Shown one piece after another: positions 35,465-45,071 of a DNA stretch of 64,000 nt; positions within the stretch are counted from its first letter, which is position 1; each line of letters begins with the position of its first letter. This DNA is from Dehalococcoidales bacterium (GTDB lineage Bacteria > Chloroflexota > Dehalococcoidia > Dehalococcoidales > RBG-16-60-22). Below the pieces are notes generated by a model. That model was not told the DNA's origin, made no database searches, and saw nothing but the letters and a program-made list of their open reading frames with translations. The DNA is taken from NCBI GenBank assembly GCA_034414775.1, contig DAOULX010000019.1, positions 13,891-77,890 on the forward strand, in the 5' to 3' direction. Both the position numbers and the translations under genes were made by a program.

Positions 35465-36472
35465 CTAGTCAATGATCACCCTCTCGTCCCCTACCTGCCG
35501 CACCACCTCCCCGATGACCATGATCTCCGGCAGTTTAGCCTGAAGCTCGCTGACGCTCTCCGGGGCGGTGACTACCACCATGCCGACGCCCATGTTGAAA
35601 ACGTGATACATCTCGTCGCGGGCCACGCCGCCGAGCCGCTCTAGCAGTGGAAAGATTGGCGGCACTGGCCATTTCGCAGTCTCGAAGCGGGCCGCCAGGC
35701 CCTCCGGCAGGATGCGCGGCACGTTGTCGATTAGCCCGCCGCCGGTAATGTGCGCCATCCCTTCGACGAGTGGCAGTAGCGGTCTCAGCTCATTGTAGTA
35801 GCAGCGGTGCGGCTTCAGGAGCATCTCCCCAATAGGCCGGTCCAGCTCCGGGTAGCGCTTTTCCAGCGCTTCGCGGGTGTCCCCGAAGACCTTCCGGGCC
35901 AGCGTGTAGCCGTTGGTATGCAGCCCGCTGGAAGGCAGTCCGAGGATGGCGTCTCCGGCGGCGATCCCTTTTCCGGCGATTATCTCGTCTTTCTCCACCA
36001 CCCCGACGACGAATCCAGCCAGGTCGAAGTCGTCGCCCGTATAGATGTCGGCCATCTCGGCGGTTTCCCCGCCGATCAGCGCGCAGTCGACCTCCCGGCA
36101 GGCCGCCGCCAGTCCGCCAACGATGGCCTCCGCCCTTTCCGGTACGAGCTTCCCGATGCCGATATAGTCCAGAAAGAACATCGGGCTGGCGCCGCAGGTG
36201 AAGATATCGTTGACGCAATGGTTGACGATGTCGATGCCGACCGTGTCGTAACGGTCCAGGGCGATGGCCAGCTTGATCTTCGTACCTACCGAATCGGTGC
36301 TGGAAACGAGAACGGGCTGGCGGTAGCCCCTGAACTCGTACATGCCGGAGAAAAAGCCGGCGTCGCTTAATACCTCGGGGCGGTAAGTTGTGCTGGCGAC
36401 TTTTCCGATCAGGCGGTTGGAGATGTTTTTAGCGTTGATGTCAACGCCGGCCCGGGCGTAGGCGTCGGTCAT
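35465..36472 (-). CDS. purM: Phosphoribosylformylglycinamidine cyclo-ligase (AIR synthetase)
   Basis: 335 aa. YARAGVDI, DSVGTK and GGETAEM blocks. Confidence 0.95.
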   Translation of the reverse strand: MTDAYARAGVDINAKNISNRLIGKVASTTYRPEVLSDAGFFSGMYEFRGYRQPVLVSSTDSVGTKIKLAIALDRYDTVGIDIVNHCVNDIFTCGASPMFFLDYIGIGKLVPERAEAIVGGLAAACREVDCALIGGETAEMADIYTGDDFDLAGFVVGVVEKDEIIAGKGIAAGDAILGLPSSGLHTNGYTLARKVFGDTREALEKRYPELDRPIGEMLLKPHRCYYNELRPLLPLVEGMAHITGGGLIDNVPRILPEGLAARFETAKWPVPPIFPLLERLGGVARDEMYHVFNMGVGMVVVTAPESVSELQAKLPEIMVIGEVVRQVGDERVIID

Positions 36473-36495
36473 AACGTCACCTCCTGGCGGCGTTA

Positions 36496-37677
36496 CTATG
36501 GTTCTAGCTTAGCAGAAAGGCCGGCGGGCTGCAAATGAGCGGCACTTTTCGGGGCTTTGATTCCGAACAGGAAACGCGTCACCCTGGTGCGGCGGACCGC
36601 TTCGTAGATAGCCAGGGCGCTCAGGAAGACGCCGAAGATGATCAGGAAGTATTTGGCGGCGATGGGGATGTCCCAGGTGACGATATAAAACCCGAAAACG
36701 ACTATCAGCGTCTGGTGCAGGATGTACACCGGCAGCACCGCGTCGCTAGCATAGCGGCGCAGCCTGCTATCGATATTGAGTAATTGCATGCCCATCCCGA
36801 CAATGGCGAGCAACCAGATCCAACAAGCGATGCCATAAAGAGCCAGGAGAGTCCATTCCGGGATCCCGAACACCTTGGTTTCTATGAGATAAAGCAAAAC
36901 GAGTATAACGATGGCCGTCGCCAAGAAGATGTAGCGCTGCCGCCAGACCGTCCGCGTTATCTGGCTGTCCGAGACAAGTATGAAGCCGCTGAAAAAGACG
37001 GTAATGTAAAAAAGGAAGTTCCTCCAATCGCTGATGAGGGTATGATTACCCGAGCCATAAATCGGTAGGAGAAAGACTTCGTAGACTATCAGCGGGATGG
37101 CCGGCAAGAGTATAGCGCCGGAACGCGAGAAAAAATTGCCGATGTGGTATAGTATTGCCACATTTTCCTCTCGGCGCAGATAGCGGAGAAGCGGCAGGAG
37201 GAGCAAGGAAAAAACGAAGAGGTAGGCCAGGAACCAGAGGTGGTGCCAGCTCAGGTTGCCGGTGGCGGCGTCGTCATTGGAATAGGTGCCGTGGAAAGTG
37301 TTGGGGTACCATGTGAAAAACGAGCCGGTAAAATCTCCATTAAAAATGCGTTCCACGTAGACCTGCGGCGGCACGATGACGAGCATGCCGAAGATGAGCG
37401 GCACTAGGATGCGGAAAAACCTTTCCCGTGAGAACTGCCAGGAGGTGCGTTTGCCAAGGGAAAACCAGACCGCCGCACCGGCAACGAGGAAGAACAACGG
37501 CATCTGCCAAACATCTAGAACGCTATTAAACACCTCAATGGCGAAGTTCTCGGTGGTGTTCTTGATATGCCAGGGCGTTTCGTCGAACAGTCTACCGGTG
37601 TGAAAAAATACCAGCAGAAACATGGCCCCGGCCCGGAGCCAATCGATGTAGTATTGCCGGTCCGGCTTTTGCTGCAT
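36496..37677 (-). CDS. Acyltransferase-3 family membrane protein
   Basis: 10-11 TM helices. N-terminal YIDWLRAGAMFLLVFFH motif. Start set at ATG 37677. Confidence 0.8.
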   Translation of the reverse strand: MQQKPDRQYYIDWLRAGAMFLLVFFHTGRLFDETPWHIKNTTENFAIEVFNSVLDVWQMPLFFLVAGAAVWFSLGKRTSWQFSRERFFRILVPLIFGMLVIVPPQVYVERIFNGDFTGSFFTWYPNTFHGTYSNDDAATGNLSWHHLWFLAYLFVFSLLLLPLLRYLRREENVAILYHIGNFFSRSGAILLPAIPLIVYEVFLLPIYGSGNHTLISDWRNFLFYITVFFSGFILVSDSQITRTVWRQRYIFLATAIVILVLLYLIETKVFGIPEWTLLALYGIACWIWLLAIVGMGMQLLNIDSRLRRYASDAVLPVYILHQTLIVVFGFYIVTWDIPIAAKYFLIIFGVFLSALAIYEAVRRTRVTRFLFGIKAPKSAAHLQPAGLSAKLEP

Positions 37678-37756
37678 CAGGACTGCCCTTGAAGACCGCC
37701 CTATTTCGTCGATAATGCTACCACAATGGCGTCGTCGCAGCAAGATGGCTGCGGCA

Positions 37757-38971
37757 TTATCTCCTCAAACTGCGCATTATCTCCCCAAGCCCGGGCCGCT
37801 TGCCGTACATCAGGAGGTACGACCGGATGATCCTGGCGGAGAGCAGCAGTCCCCCGGCGATACACAGCGCCAGCACGGCTAGGCTGGCGGCTATCTGCCA
37901 GGCGGGAATCTCCGATGCGCCGATCCTGAGCATCACCACCACCGGGGCGGTGATGGGGAAAATCGTCAGAACGATCCATATCACGGCTTTGGGGAACAGG
38001 AGAAGTAGGGACGAAAACCAGAGGGGTGAAACGGCGGTGAGGACGAACAATGTGGAGAGCTGCTGGCCCTCCCGTGCCGAGGGGCTGACGGCGCCGATGC
38101 TCGTTGATATCACGGCGAACAACAGGTAACCCAGCACGAAATAGACGATTGCCAGGACCAGGAATCCGGCGGGGAGTTCTATCGTGGCGATGAAACCGCC
38201 GAAAGTAGACGAGGCCAATCCCAGCAGGAGCGGCAATGAGATTACCCAGACAACCACCTGCACCAGGCCGCCGGCGCCGATACCGAAGACCTTGCCGATC
38301 ATCACCTGCCGGGTCGAAACAGAGGATAGCAGCACCTCGATGAGGCGATTCTCTTTCTCCTCACCCAGCCCTTGCAGTAGGTAGCCCGAGGAAAACGTGA
38401 TAGCGAGCACCAGCAGCAGGCTAAAGACCGCCGGGATGATAAGGTTGCCGTAACCGCCCTGCTCGGTGGCGATGTCCCCCGTCTCCGTCAGCCGAGTGGT
38501 AATCAGGAAGGGGGGAGCCTGGATACGGTCGATAGTGGCCTGGGGCACGTTACTGGCCAGGAGATTGCTGGAAACGAAAGTACTGATGGCAGCGGCTACC
38601 GACGGCGGCGCTTCAAGCTGTTTTTCCAGGGTGTAGCGGTCGATCACACCCCTGTCGACATAGTCCTGCGGGATAACGAAGTACTCCTTGACGGCGCCGC
38701 TGAGTAAGGCTTCTCTGGCATCGGCCTCGGTGTCAAAGGAGGTCAGTGTTATGTTCCCCTGCGTCGTGTAGCCTTCGAATCCGCCACCCTTGGCAACGTA
38801 ACCGACATCTATGAATTCCGGTGGCCCCGGCTGGAGACTCCCCGAAATGATTGAAACGACGGCGATGGCGAGCAGTCCCAGGACCGGCACGATGAAGGTC
38901 ATGATGATGAAACCCGGCCTCTTTATCGTGGAAAGGAACTCGTGTTTCAGTATCAGGCCCGTCTTATTCAT
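37757..38971 (-). CDS. ABC-2 type transporter permease (NatB-like)
   Basis: 404 aa. One N-terminal TM helix, a large extracytoplasmic loop, and a C-terminal 5-TM bundle. 8-nt overlap with the ATPase gene. Confidence 0.8.
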   Translation of the reverse strand: MNKTGLILKHEFLSTIKRPGFIIMTFIVPVLGLLAIAVVSIISGSLQPGPPEFIDVGYVAKGGGFEGYTTQGNITLTSFDTEADAREALLSGAVKEYFVIPQDYVDRGVIDRYTLEKQLEAPPSVAAAISTFVSSNLLASNVPQATIDRIQAPPFLITTRLTETGDIATEQGGYGNLIIPAVFSLLLVLAITFSSGYLLQGLGEEKENRLIEVLLSSVSTRQVMIGKVFGIGAGGLVQVVVWVISLPLLLGLASSTFGGFIATIELPAGFLVLAIVYFVLGYLLFAVISTSIGAVSPSAREGQQLSTLFVLTAVSPLWFSSLLLLFPKAVIWIVLTIFPITAPVVVMLRIGASEIPAWQIAASLAVLALCIAGGLLLSARIIRSYLLMYGKRPGLGEIMRSLRR

Positions 38972-39860
38972 GGCTCTTACTCACCACATCGATAAATATT
39001 TCGTGTAACGGGGGAGTCGCTATTTCAAATCGGTTGATTTCGATGCCCCGGCTAACCAGGTATTCTAGTACCTCCTGAGGCGTACCACCGCTATCCAGGA
39101 ACAGTTCCGTGTGGTCCTTGTGGACCTGTGTCCGGGCGACTCCTGGCACGTCCCCCAGTTCGCCCTTGAAATCGAGTTGGATCGAGTTGCTTCTGTATCG
39201 GGACTTGATCTCATTCAGGTCTCCGTACAGGACGGCCTTCCCGCGGTCCATCATGAGGATACGGTCGCAGAGTTCCTCCACCTGGTTCATCTGGTGGGTA
39301 CTCAGGACGATGGATTTGCCCTGGCCGCGCAGGTCTAATAGCATCCCTTTCAACAGCTCGGTGTTGACCGGGTCGAGGCCGGAGAAGGGGTCGTCCATGA
39401 TAATAAGCTCGGGATCGTGGACAACGGTCACGATGAACTGGATAATCTGGCCCATACCCGTGCTCAGCTCGTCTATCTTCTTCCTCTGGTGCGGCAACAT
39501 TCCGGTCATGCCGAGCAGTTCGTTGGCCCTGGTGAGAGCGACCTCCCTGCTGGTGCCTTTGAGCGATGCCAGGTAGATGATGGACTCGATGACCCTCATC
39601 TTTTTATAGAGGCCTCTTTCCTCCGGCAGGTAGCCGAGCCGGTTCTTGGTGGCCTCACCAAGTTGCTCGCCGAGGATGGTCACCTGTCCCGAGTCCGGTT
39701 TGATAATATCCATCATCATCCTGATGGTGGTGGTCTTGCCCGCGCCGTTGGGGCCGATCAGACCGAATATTTCGCCCTGGTCGAGGGAGAAAGAGAGGTC
39801 ATTCACGGCGACCTTATCCGCAAAGGACTTGGAGATATGACTTACTTCGACGGCGTGCAT
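38964..39860 (-). CDS. ABC transporter ATP-binding protein (NatA-like)
   Basis: Walker A GPNGAGKTT, signature LSTGMGQ, and Walker B LIIMDDPFSGLD. Confidence 0.88.
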   Translation of the reverse strand: MHAVEVSHISKSFADKVAVNDLSFSLDQGEIFGLIGPNGAGKTTTIRMMMDIIKPDSGQVTILGEQLGEATKNRLGYLPEERGLYKKMRVIESIIYLASLKGTSREVALTRANELLGMTGMLPHQRKKIDELSTGMGQIIQFIVTVVHDPELIIMDDPFSGLDPVNTELLKGMLLDLRGQGKSIVLSTHQMNQVEELCDRILMMDRGKAVLYGDLNEIKSRYRSNSIQLDFKGELGDVPGVARTQVHKDHTELFLDSGGTPQEVLEYLVSRGIEINRFEIATPPLHEIFIDVVSKSHE

Positions 39861-40127
39861 CTACCCCTCCTTCGACCTAGGTACTCGCCGTATCCAATCC
39901 CAGCATCGAGCCGAGTTCTCCATCGTGGTTTTGCCCGGGAGTCGCCAGCGGCGGCCATCTGGTGAACGATTTCCACTGCCGGAGGGAGTTACCAGGTGGA
40001 GTCCGTTGGCATTAATAGCGCCTACATGCCACGGGCGGCCCACGAGGACAACGCTGTAACCGGCGCACACCAGATGGCCCCCCATAACACTCCCGATACC
40101 GCCGGCACCATAAATGATATAACGCAT
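39861..40127 (-). pseudogene. N-terminal remnant of a 2-dehydropantoate 2-reductase (PanE/ApbA-like) gene
   Basis: The first ~50 codons read MRYIIYGAGGIGSVMGGHLVCAGYSVVLVGRPWHVGAINANGLHLVTPSG (Rossmann GxGxxG). The remaining ~38 codons are non-homologous and end in a TAG abutting the ABC ATPase ATG. Confidence 0.55.
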
Positions 40128-40301
40128 TCGTAAAATCTGCCGCGCCGTGTTTGAGTTCGGTAATCCGCTTCCCGAAAATCAGGCATTACCGAACACCATA
40201 TAGGTTGATGCGGGCATTTCAATTATATACTAACTGGCAAGGGAAACACCAAGACCACGTTTAAATACAATCGAAGAGACTTGATTGGTCGCCGGTTTTA
40301 A

Positions 40302-41555
40302 TCATGCCGCAGACTGCGTAACTTGTTTCGAACGACCTGTTTTAGCTACCCGGTAAGAAGAGAGCCATATTCCACCGCATATACCGAGAATCACGGCCAA
40401 GACGGTTGCGCCCCTGAAACCTATTATCAGGTCATACCAGGTGTAGACGGAATACAGGAGCAGCACAAGCAGGCTGCCATACCTCCCGAATAGATGCAGG
40501 AATCCGAACCGGCGGAAAACGAAAAGCCCGATAAAGAACGTTACAACAACCGAGATGACCAGTAATGTGAAATAGAAAAGGACTGGTATTAGCCAGGTAT
40601 TGAATTTCATATTGCCCACCGTGTCAAGGGACGGGTAATATAGCAACTCATTCGTGATGAACGGTGGAGATAAAACATTCGGTGGCGAGAGTATTTCCTG
40701 GTAGCTTTTGTAGAGATGTGAGTCAAGGCCGGTAATAAGTTCAACTGTATCATCAATGGTGAGTGTCCGAACGTCCGGCTGTGATGCCACCCACTTCAGA
40801 ATTTCGTCAAATTCCTGGAAAGTCACAAAACCCCTTTTTGTGTCTATTTCCCGGAAGTCGTCGGCATAGAACAGGGTAATGATGATGGGATGAGAATCGC
40901 GGCTTTTTCTGGCTTCCCTGATGGCATTCTGTAATTCAGGGATGCCGCCGGTCGATGGTAAAAAATTGAGTCGGGACGGGTCTACCGCCGGACCATTCAA
41001 ATCCGCCGATATGGTAGTGAAATTCAGCTCTTCAAGTACTTGTACTGTTGTAGAATCGTAGCTATTCCACGGCGGAGTGAATGTTGTGATTTTTGTATCA
41101 AGCATATCCTCTAACAACTTTTTCCCTTCGACTATTTTCTGTCTTTGACCATCATAGTCGAGGCCGGCGAACTCCGTATACCCTCCTTCGGATGACGCGC
41201 GGCGTGTTTGATGAGAGTATCCGTGCAGGGCTACCTCAACGGTAGTGTCCATGGTGTCTTTTAGTATACCAGCCTTCTCCGGGGAGAGGAGGATAACACC
41301 CTGCGGGGAAGGATCTAATATATCTTTATCACTCAAACATGGAACGACGCCAATTGTGCACGAAAGGTTGTAGGTCTGCAGGGCGTCGATCATTTTAACG
41401 TAAAAATCAGTCCCGCTTATGCTGCTGCAGTCGTCGAACCGAAAAACGACCGTGATTGTTTTCGGTTCGCTATCCGAGGCGGACACCGAGGATGTCAACC
41501 AGAGAGATAGCAGAACCGTCAGGGCAGCGAAAAAGCCTATCTTGTTACGTGTCAT
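40302..41555 (-). CDS. DUF2334/polysaccharide-deacetylase-like exported protein with C-terminal TM helices
   Basis: Signal peptide. VVFRFDD and ALHGYSHQ blocks. Three C-terminal TM helices. The gene is AT-richer than its neighbours. Confidence 0.65.
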   Translation of the reverse strand: MTRNKIGFFAALTVLLSLWLTSSVSASDSEPKTITVVFRFDDCSSISGTDFYVKMIDALQTYNLSCTIGVVPCLSDKDILDPSPQGVILLSPEKAGILKDTMDTTVEVALHGYSHQTRRASSEGGYTEFAGLDYDGQRQKIVEGKKLLEDMLDTKITTFTPPWNSYDSTTVQVLEELNFTTISADLNGPAVDPSRLNFLPSTGGIPELQNAIREARKSRDSHPIIITLFYADDFREIDTKRGFVTFQEFDEILKWVASQPDVRTLTIDDTVELITGLDSHLYKSYQEILSPPNVLSPPFITNELLYYPSLDTVGNMKFNTWLIPVLFYFTLLVISVVVTFFIGLFVFRRFGFLHLFGRYGSLLVLLLYSVYTWYDLIIGFRGATVLAVILGICGGIWLSSYRVAKTGRSKQVTQSAA

Positions 41556-41659
41556 GTTAATTCAATCTCGTGTAGCCCGTTCAGAGTCTTTGTTCCGCTG
41601 TATTTCTCCTTGAGATGACTAAGAAGGGGTAATATTTTCCGGGTATTAGGGGCTACAGC

Positions 41660-42601
41660 TCATTTCCCGAGGCTGTCGTAAATACTCCGCAGCCCGTCTT
41701 CAAGATTGAACTCCGGATTATATCCGAATTCCCGGGCCCGGGATATGTCCGCCAGGCTATATAAGATATCACCGGGGCGGGGGTCTTCGTATTTCGGGCT
41801 CAGGTCCCGGCCGGATAGACTTATGACAAGCTGGGCGAGCTCATTGATGGTAACGCTCTCCCCCCGGCCGATATTATAGATGCCCGAGGCTGTTCCCTCT
41901 GCGGCCAGGATATTGGCAACTGCGACATCCTTGACAAAGGTGAAGTCCCTCGTCTGTGTGCCATCCCCGTAGATAACCGGCGCTTCGCCGGAGCCGGTCC
42001 GCTGGATGAAGCTGGGGATGACGGCGGCGTACTGAGAACTGGGGTCTTGCCTCGGCCCGTACACGTTGAAATACCTCAGGCTGGCGGTAGGTAGGGAGTA
42101 GACCTGCTCGAAAACCCCGCAGTAGTATTCCCCGGCGACTTTGGAAACGGCGTAGGGAGACTGCGGACTGGGTGACATGTCCTCACGTTTGGGCAGGGTG
42201 GGGGTATCTCCATAGACGGACGATGATGAGGAATACACGACCTTACTGACGCCGGCATCTCGGGCCGCCATGAGCACCTTAAGCGTGCCGGTGCCGTTGA
42301 TTTCGTGTGAAGCCAGGGGTTCCTGGATACTCCTCGGTACGCTGGGCAGGGCCGCCAGATGAAAAACGAAACGCGCCCCCCGGAATACATTATTCAGGGA
42401 AGGCAGGTCGGTGATGCTCCCCCGATGAAACTCGACATCCTGGTTTTCTAAGAGCACCTCGATGTTAGCCATGGATCCTGTTGAAAGATCATCGAAAATG
42501 ACGACCCTGTAACCGCGTTCAGTAAGCTCCTCAGCCACATGAGACCCGATAAAACCGGCCCCGCCGGTAACGACCGCTTTATCCATCCGGCTCCTTTTCA
42601 A
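41660..42601 (-). CDS. NAD-dependent sugar-nucleotide epimerase/dehydratase (extended SDR)
   Basis: GGAGFIGSH Rossmann motif and YxxxK (YAVSK). Confidence 0.85.
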   Translation of the reverse strand: MKRSRMDKAVVTGGAGFIGSHVAEELTERGYRVVIFDDLSTGSMANIEVLLENQDVEFHRGSITDLPSLNNVFRGARFVFHLAALPSVPRSIQEPLASHEINGTGTLKVLMAARDAGVSKVVYSSSSSVYGDTPTLPKREDMSPSPQSPYAVSKVAGEYYCGVFEQVYSLPTASLRYFNVYGPRQDPSSQYAAVIPSFIQRTGSGEAPVIYGDGTQTRDFTFVKDVAVANILAAEGTASGIYNIGRGESVTINELAQLVISLSGRDLSPKYEDPRPGDILYSLADISRAREFGYNPEFNLEDGLRSIYDSLGK

Positions 42602-42753
42602 GTATCTGGCTCGGTGTAAACGACCGGATTATTATACCCGCAACCAGAAAGCAATAACAAGGCTCGCGAATGTTCCAGAGTATGGCTAGCAAGGCAATAG
42701 TCTGATGACACTCCCGGCTTGATATCAATGACCTGAAGAGGATTACCCTCGCC

Positions 42754-43965
42754 TTATGAAGATAAATTTTGTGCCGCTGTTCGTTCCAAGACTTCGTTGA
42801 GTCGGTCCGCCAGCTTTGCCCAGGAATGTTCGGTGACCATTAGATGCCTCGCCGCCACACCGATTCGTTCCCGGAGACGTTTGTCATTGAGGAGAGCAAT
42901 GACCCTATCGGCGAACTCAGCCGGTCTTTCGGCAATGATGATATTTTCCTCCGGGGAAACATCGATCCCGGTGGTTACCGGTGGCGTAGCCACGACCGGC
43001 CGTCCGGTGGCCATGGCCTGCAATATCCTGACCTTAACGCCGAAGCCCTCCTGTAGCGGGGCTGCCACTACCCAGGCACGGCGAAGGTACGGGCGCAGAT
43101 CGGGGACATAACCGGTAACAGTCACCGAGGCGTCCTCCGCCAGCGCCTTTATCTCCGTATCTGGATTGCTGCCTACAACTTGTAGTTGAATCCTCGGAAT
43201 CCTTTCCTTTATCAGCGAGTATATTTCACGGTAAAATTCCATCACCGCGGCTGTGTTCCGGGGACCGCTCATCGAACCGGTGATAATCAATGTCGGCGAC
43301 TCTGCCTCCATATCATCGGCCTCGAAAAAGCCATCATCAACGCCGTAGGGTATTACTACGAAGTTCAGACTCGAGTCGTGTGCTCTTACCATATCCCGCT
43401 GGTGTGATGAAACGGCAATCAAGAGATTTACCCGGTGGTAGAGCCTGGCATAGCCCCGCGTTTGCCGGTGGTAAACGTAGCGCAAAATCTTCTTCAGCGG
43501 ATTCTTTTCTAGCCGATACTCTAGATGGCTTATCTCGGCCGGGGCGAAGGCTTCCAGTAGTACCACCGGGATGCCCTTATCCAGCACGTAACCCAGCATG
43601 GCCGGATGGTCAACGGCGATGATATCATAGCCTGCACCATGCAAAAGGGCATTTACCCGGGTATCCATCTCCGAGGAGTAGCCATAACGTGTGAAAGCGG
43701 GCAGCCCGGAGGACATATTCAATATTCGCGGGATGCTTTTCAGGATCACCCCCGGGGCCCCGAAGCCGGGTCGGCGGGCTAACTCCACCGTTTCCACACG
43801 GGCGTGCTGGCTCAGGTCCGGGTAGCTTTTACCCCGCAGCTTAAACGCCGCCAGGGTAACTTGGTGGCCGTGTTTCCCGGCAAGGTGTTCTAGCGAGTAA
43901 CGCACCCGGTGGCTGCCGGCTATCTCCGGGGCGGGGTGTTCGTAGCAGAGAAAGAGAATTTTCAT
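42754..43965 (-). CDS. Glycosyltransferase, GT4-like (GT-B fold)
   Basis: C-terminal EGFGVKVRILQAMATGRPVVATP block. Confidence 0.8.
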   Translation of the reverse strand: MKILFLCYEHPAPEIAGSHRVRYSLEHLAGKHGHQVTLAAFKLRGKSYPDLSQHARVETVELARRPGFGAPGVILKSIPRILNMSSGLPAFTRYGYSSEMDTRVNALLHGAGYDIIAVDHPAMLGYVLDKGIPVVLLEAFAPAEISHLEYRLEKNPLKKILRYVYHRQTRGYARLYHRVNLLIAVSSHQRDMVRAHDSSLNFVVIPYGVDDGFFEADDMEAESPTLIITGSMSGPRNTAAVMEFYREIYSLIKERIPRIQLQVVGSNPDTEIKALAEDASVTVTGYVPDLRPYLRRAWVVAAPLQEGFGVKVRILQAMATGRPVVATPPVTTGIDVSPEENIIIAERPAEFADRVIALLNDKRLRERIGVAARHLMVTEHSWAKLADRLNEVLERTAAQNLSS

Positions 43966-43967
43966 GT

Positions 43968-45071
43968 CTATGCACCGTACGCAATCAATCGACTGTATAA
44001 CTTAATCAACTTCGCGGAGTTGTCTTCCAAAGCTATTCCATCAAGGATTTGCCGGTGCTGCTCGTAGTTCTGTAATACGTCCTTCACCTGGCGTGTCAGG
44101 TCATCGATGTCCCGGTTCTTAAAGATAGTCGCCCCTTCCGGTCGGGGGCAAACGTCACTGGCTACCGAGGGTACCTTGAAAAACAATGCCTCGCGGAGTG
44201 AGTTGGCATCACCATCAGTGTTGGTGGGCCTGATAAAGACCTGGCTTTTCATCAGGATAGGGTAGAGTTGATAGGCACCGGTGATGAATTTGAAATTGCT
44301 TTCCAGCCCCATTTCTGCGATACGTTGCCTCATCACATCGAAATATTTTTTATCGCCAACCTGGGGCAGGGAAAAAACCATGCCCAATCCGGGGTAACTG
44401 GACTTCAGGTTGGCACAGAGCTCGACACAAAGGTCCAGTCCGTAGAGGTCCTGGCCCCGATAAAATGTTAGGGCATAGGCATTCGCCGAGATTATCGGCT
44501 GGTGGCTATCAATGAACTCCCATACGTCCGGTGGTATAGCGTCGAATTCATCCTTCCGCACGGGGGGCGGAATAAAGTTCGGGATGATGGTAATACGCTC
44601 CGGCGCGACCCCCAGCGACAGGCAAAGCTCCCTAATGATCTCATTGTGGGCGATTACAGCGTTGTAGCGCCTCAGTGAAGAGGCGATGATTTTGCGGCGG
44701 AGCCATCGATTTTCCAGGGAGTCCTGGAGGCTTTGCCCGCCGATGGAGATTAGCGTTCGTTTTCCCAGTAGGCCTATTGTCCCCACCGCCACCCGCACCC
44801 GCCAGTCGATGTAATGGCAACAGATCAGGTCCTCTTTGGCCGTAAAAAGGTATCGAAGCAACCACCAGGCCCTATTTCCAATGCGAGCCACAGCGCCGTT
44901 CCGATGGACTACTCTTCTATTTACCAGGTCGTAGACCACGTATTCAAGATCGGTTTCATCTATCCGCTGAACCAGCCGTTGTAAGGGTACGGTGAATCCA
45001 CCGAAGGGCGGTGGCAGCGCCCCCAGAAAAGCTATAACCGGCTTCTTTCCGGCCTTAGACATCGGCATCAT
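43968..45071 (-). CDS. Glycosyltransferase, GT-B fold
   Basis: C-terminal GDANSLREALFFKVPSVAS (E-x7-E-like) block. Confidence 0.7.
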   Translation of the reverse strand: MMPMSKAGKKPVIAFLGALPPPFGGFTVPLQRLVQRIDETDLEYVVYDLVNRRVVHRNGAVARIGNRAWWLLRYLFTAKEDLICCHYIDWRVRVAVGTIGLLGKRTLISIGGQSLQDSLENRWLRRKIIASSLRRYNAVIAHNEIIRELCLSLGVAPERITIIPNFIPPPVRKDEFDAIPPDVWEFIDSHQPIISANAYALTFYRGQDLYGLDLCVELCANLKSSYPGLGMVFSLPQVGDKKYFDVMRQRIAEMGLESNFKFITGAYQLYPILMKSQVFIRPTNTDGDANSLREALFFKVPSVASDVCPRPEGATIFKNRDIDDLTRQVKDVLQNYEQHRQILDGIALEDNSAKLIKLYSRLIAYGA

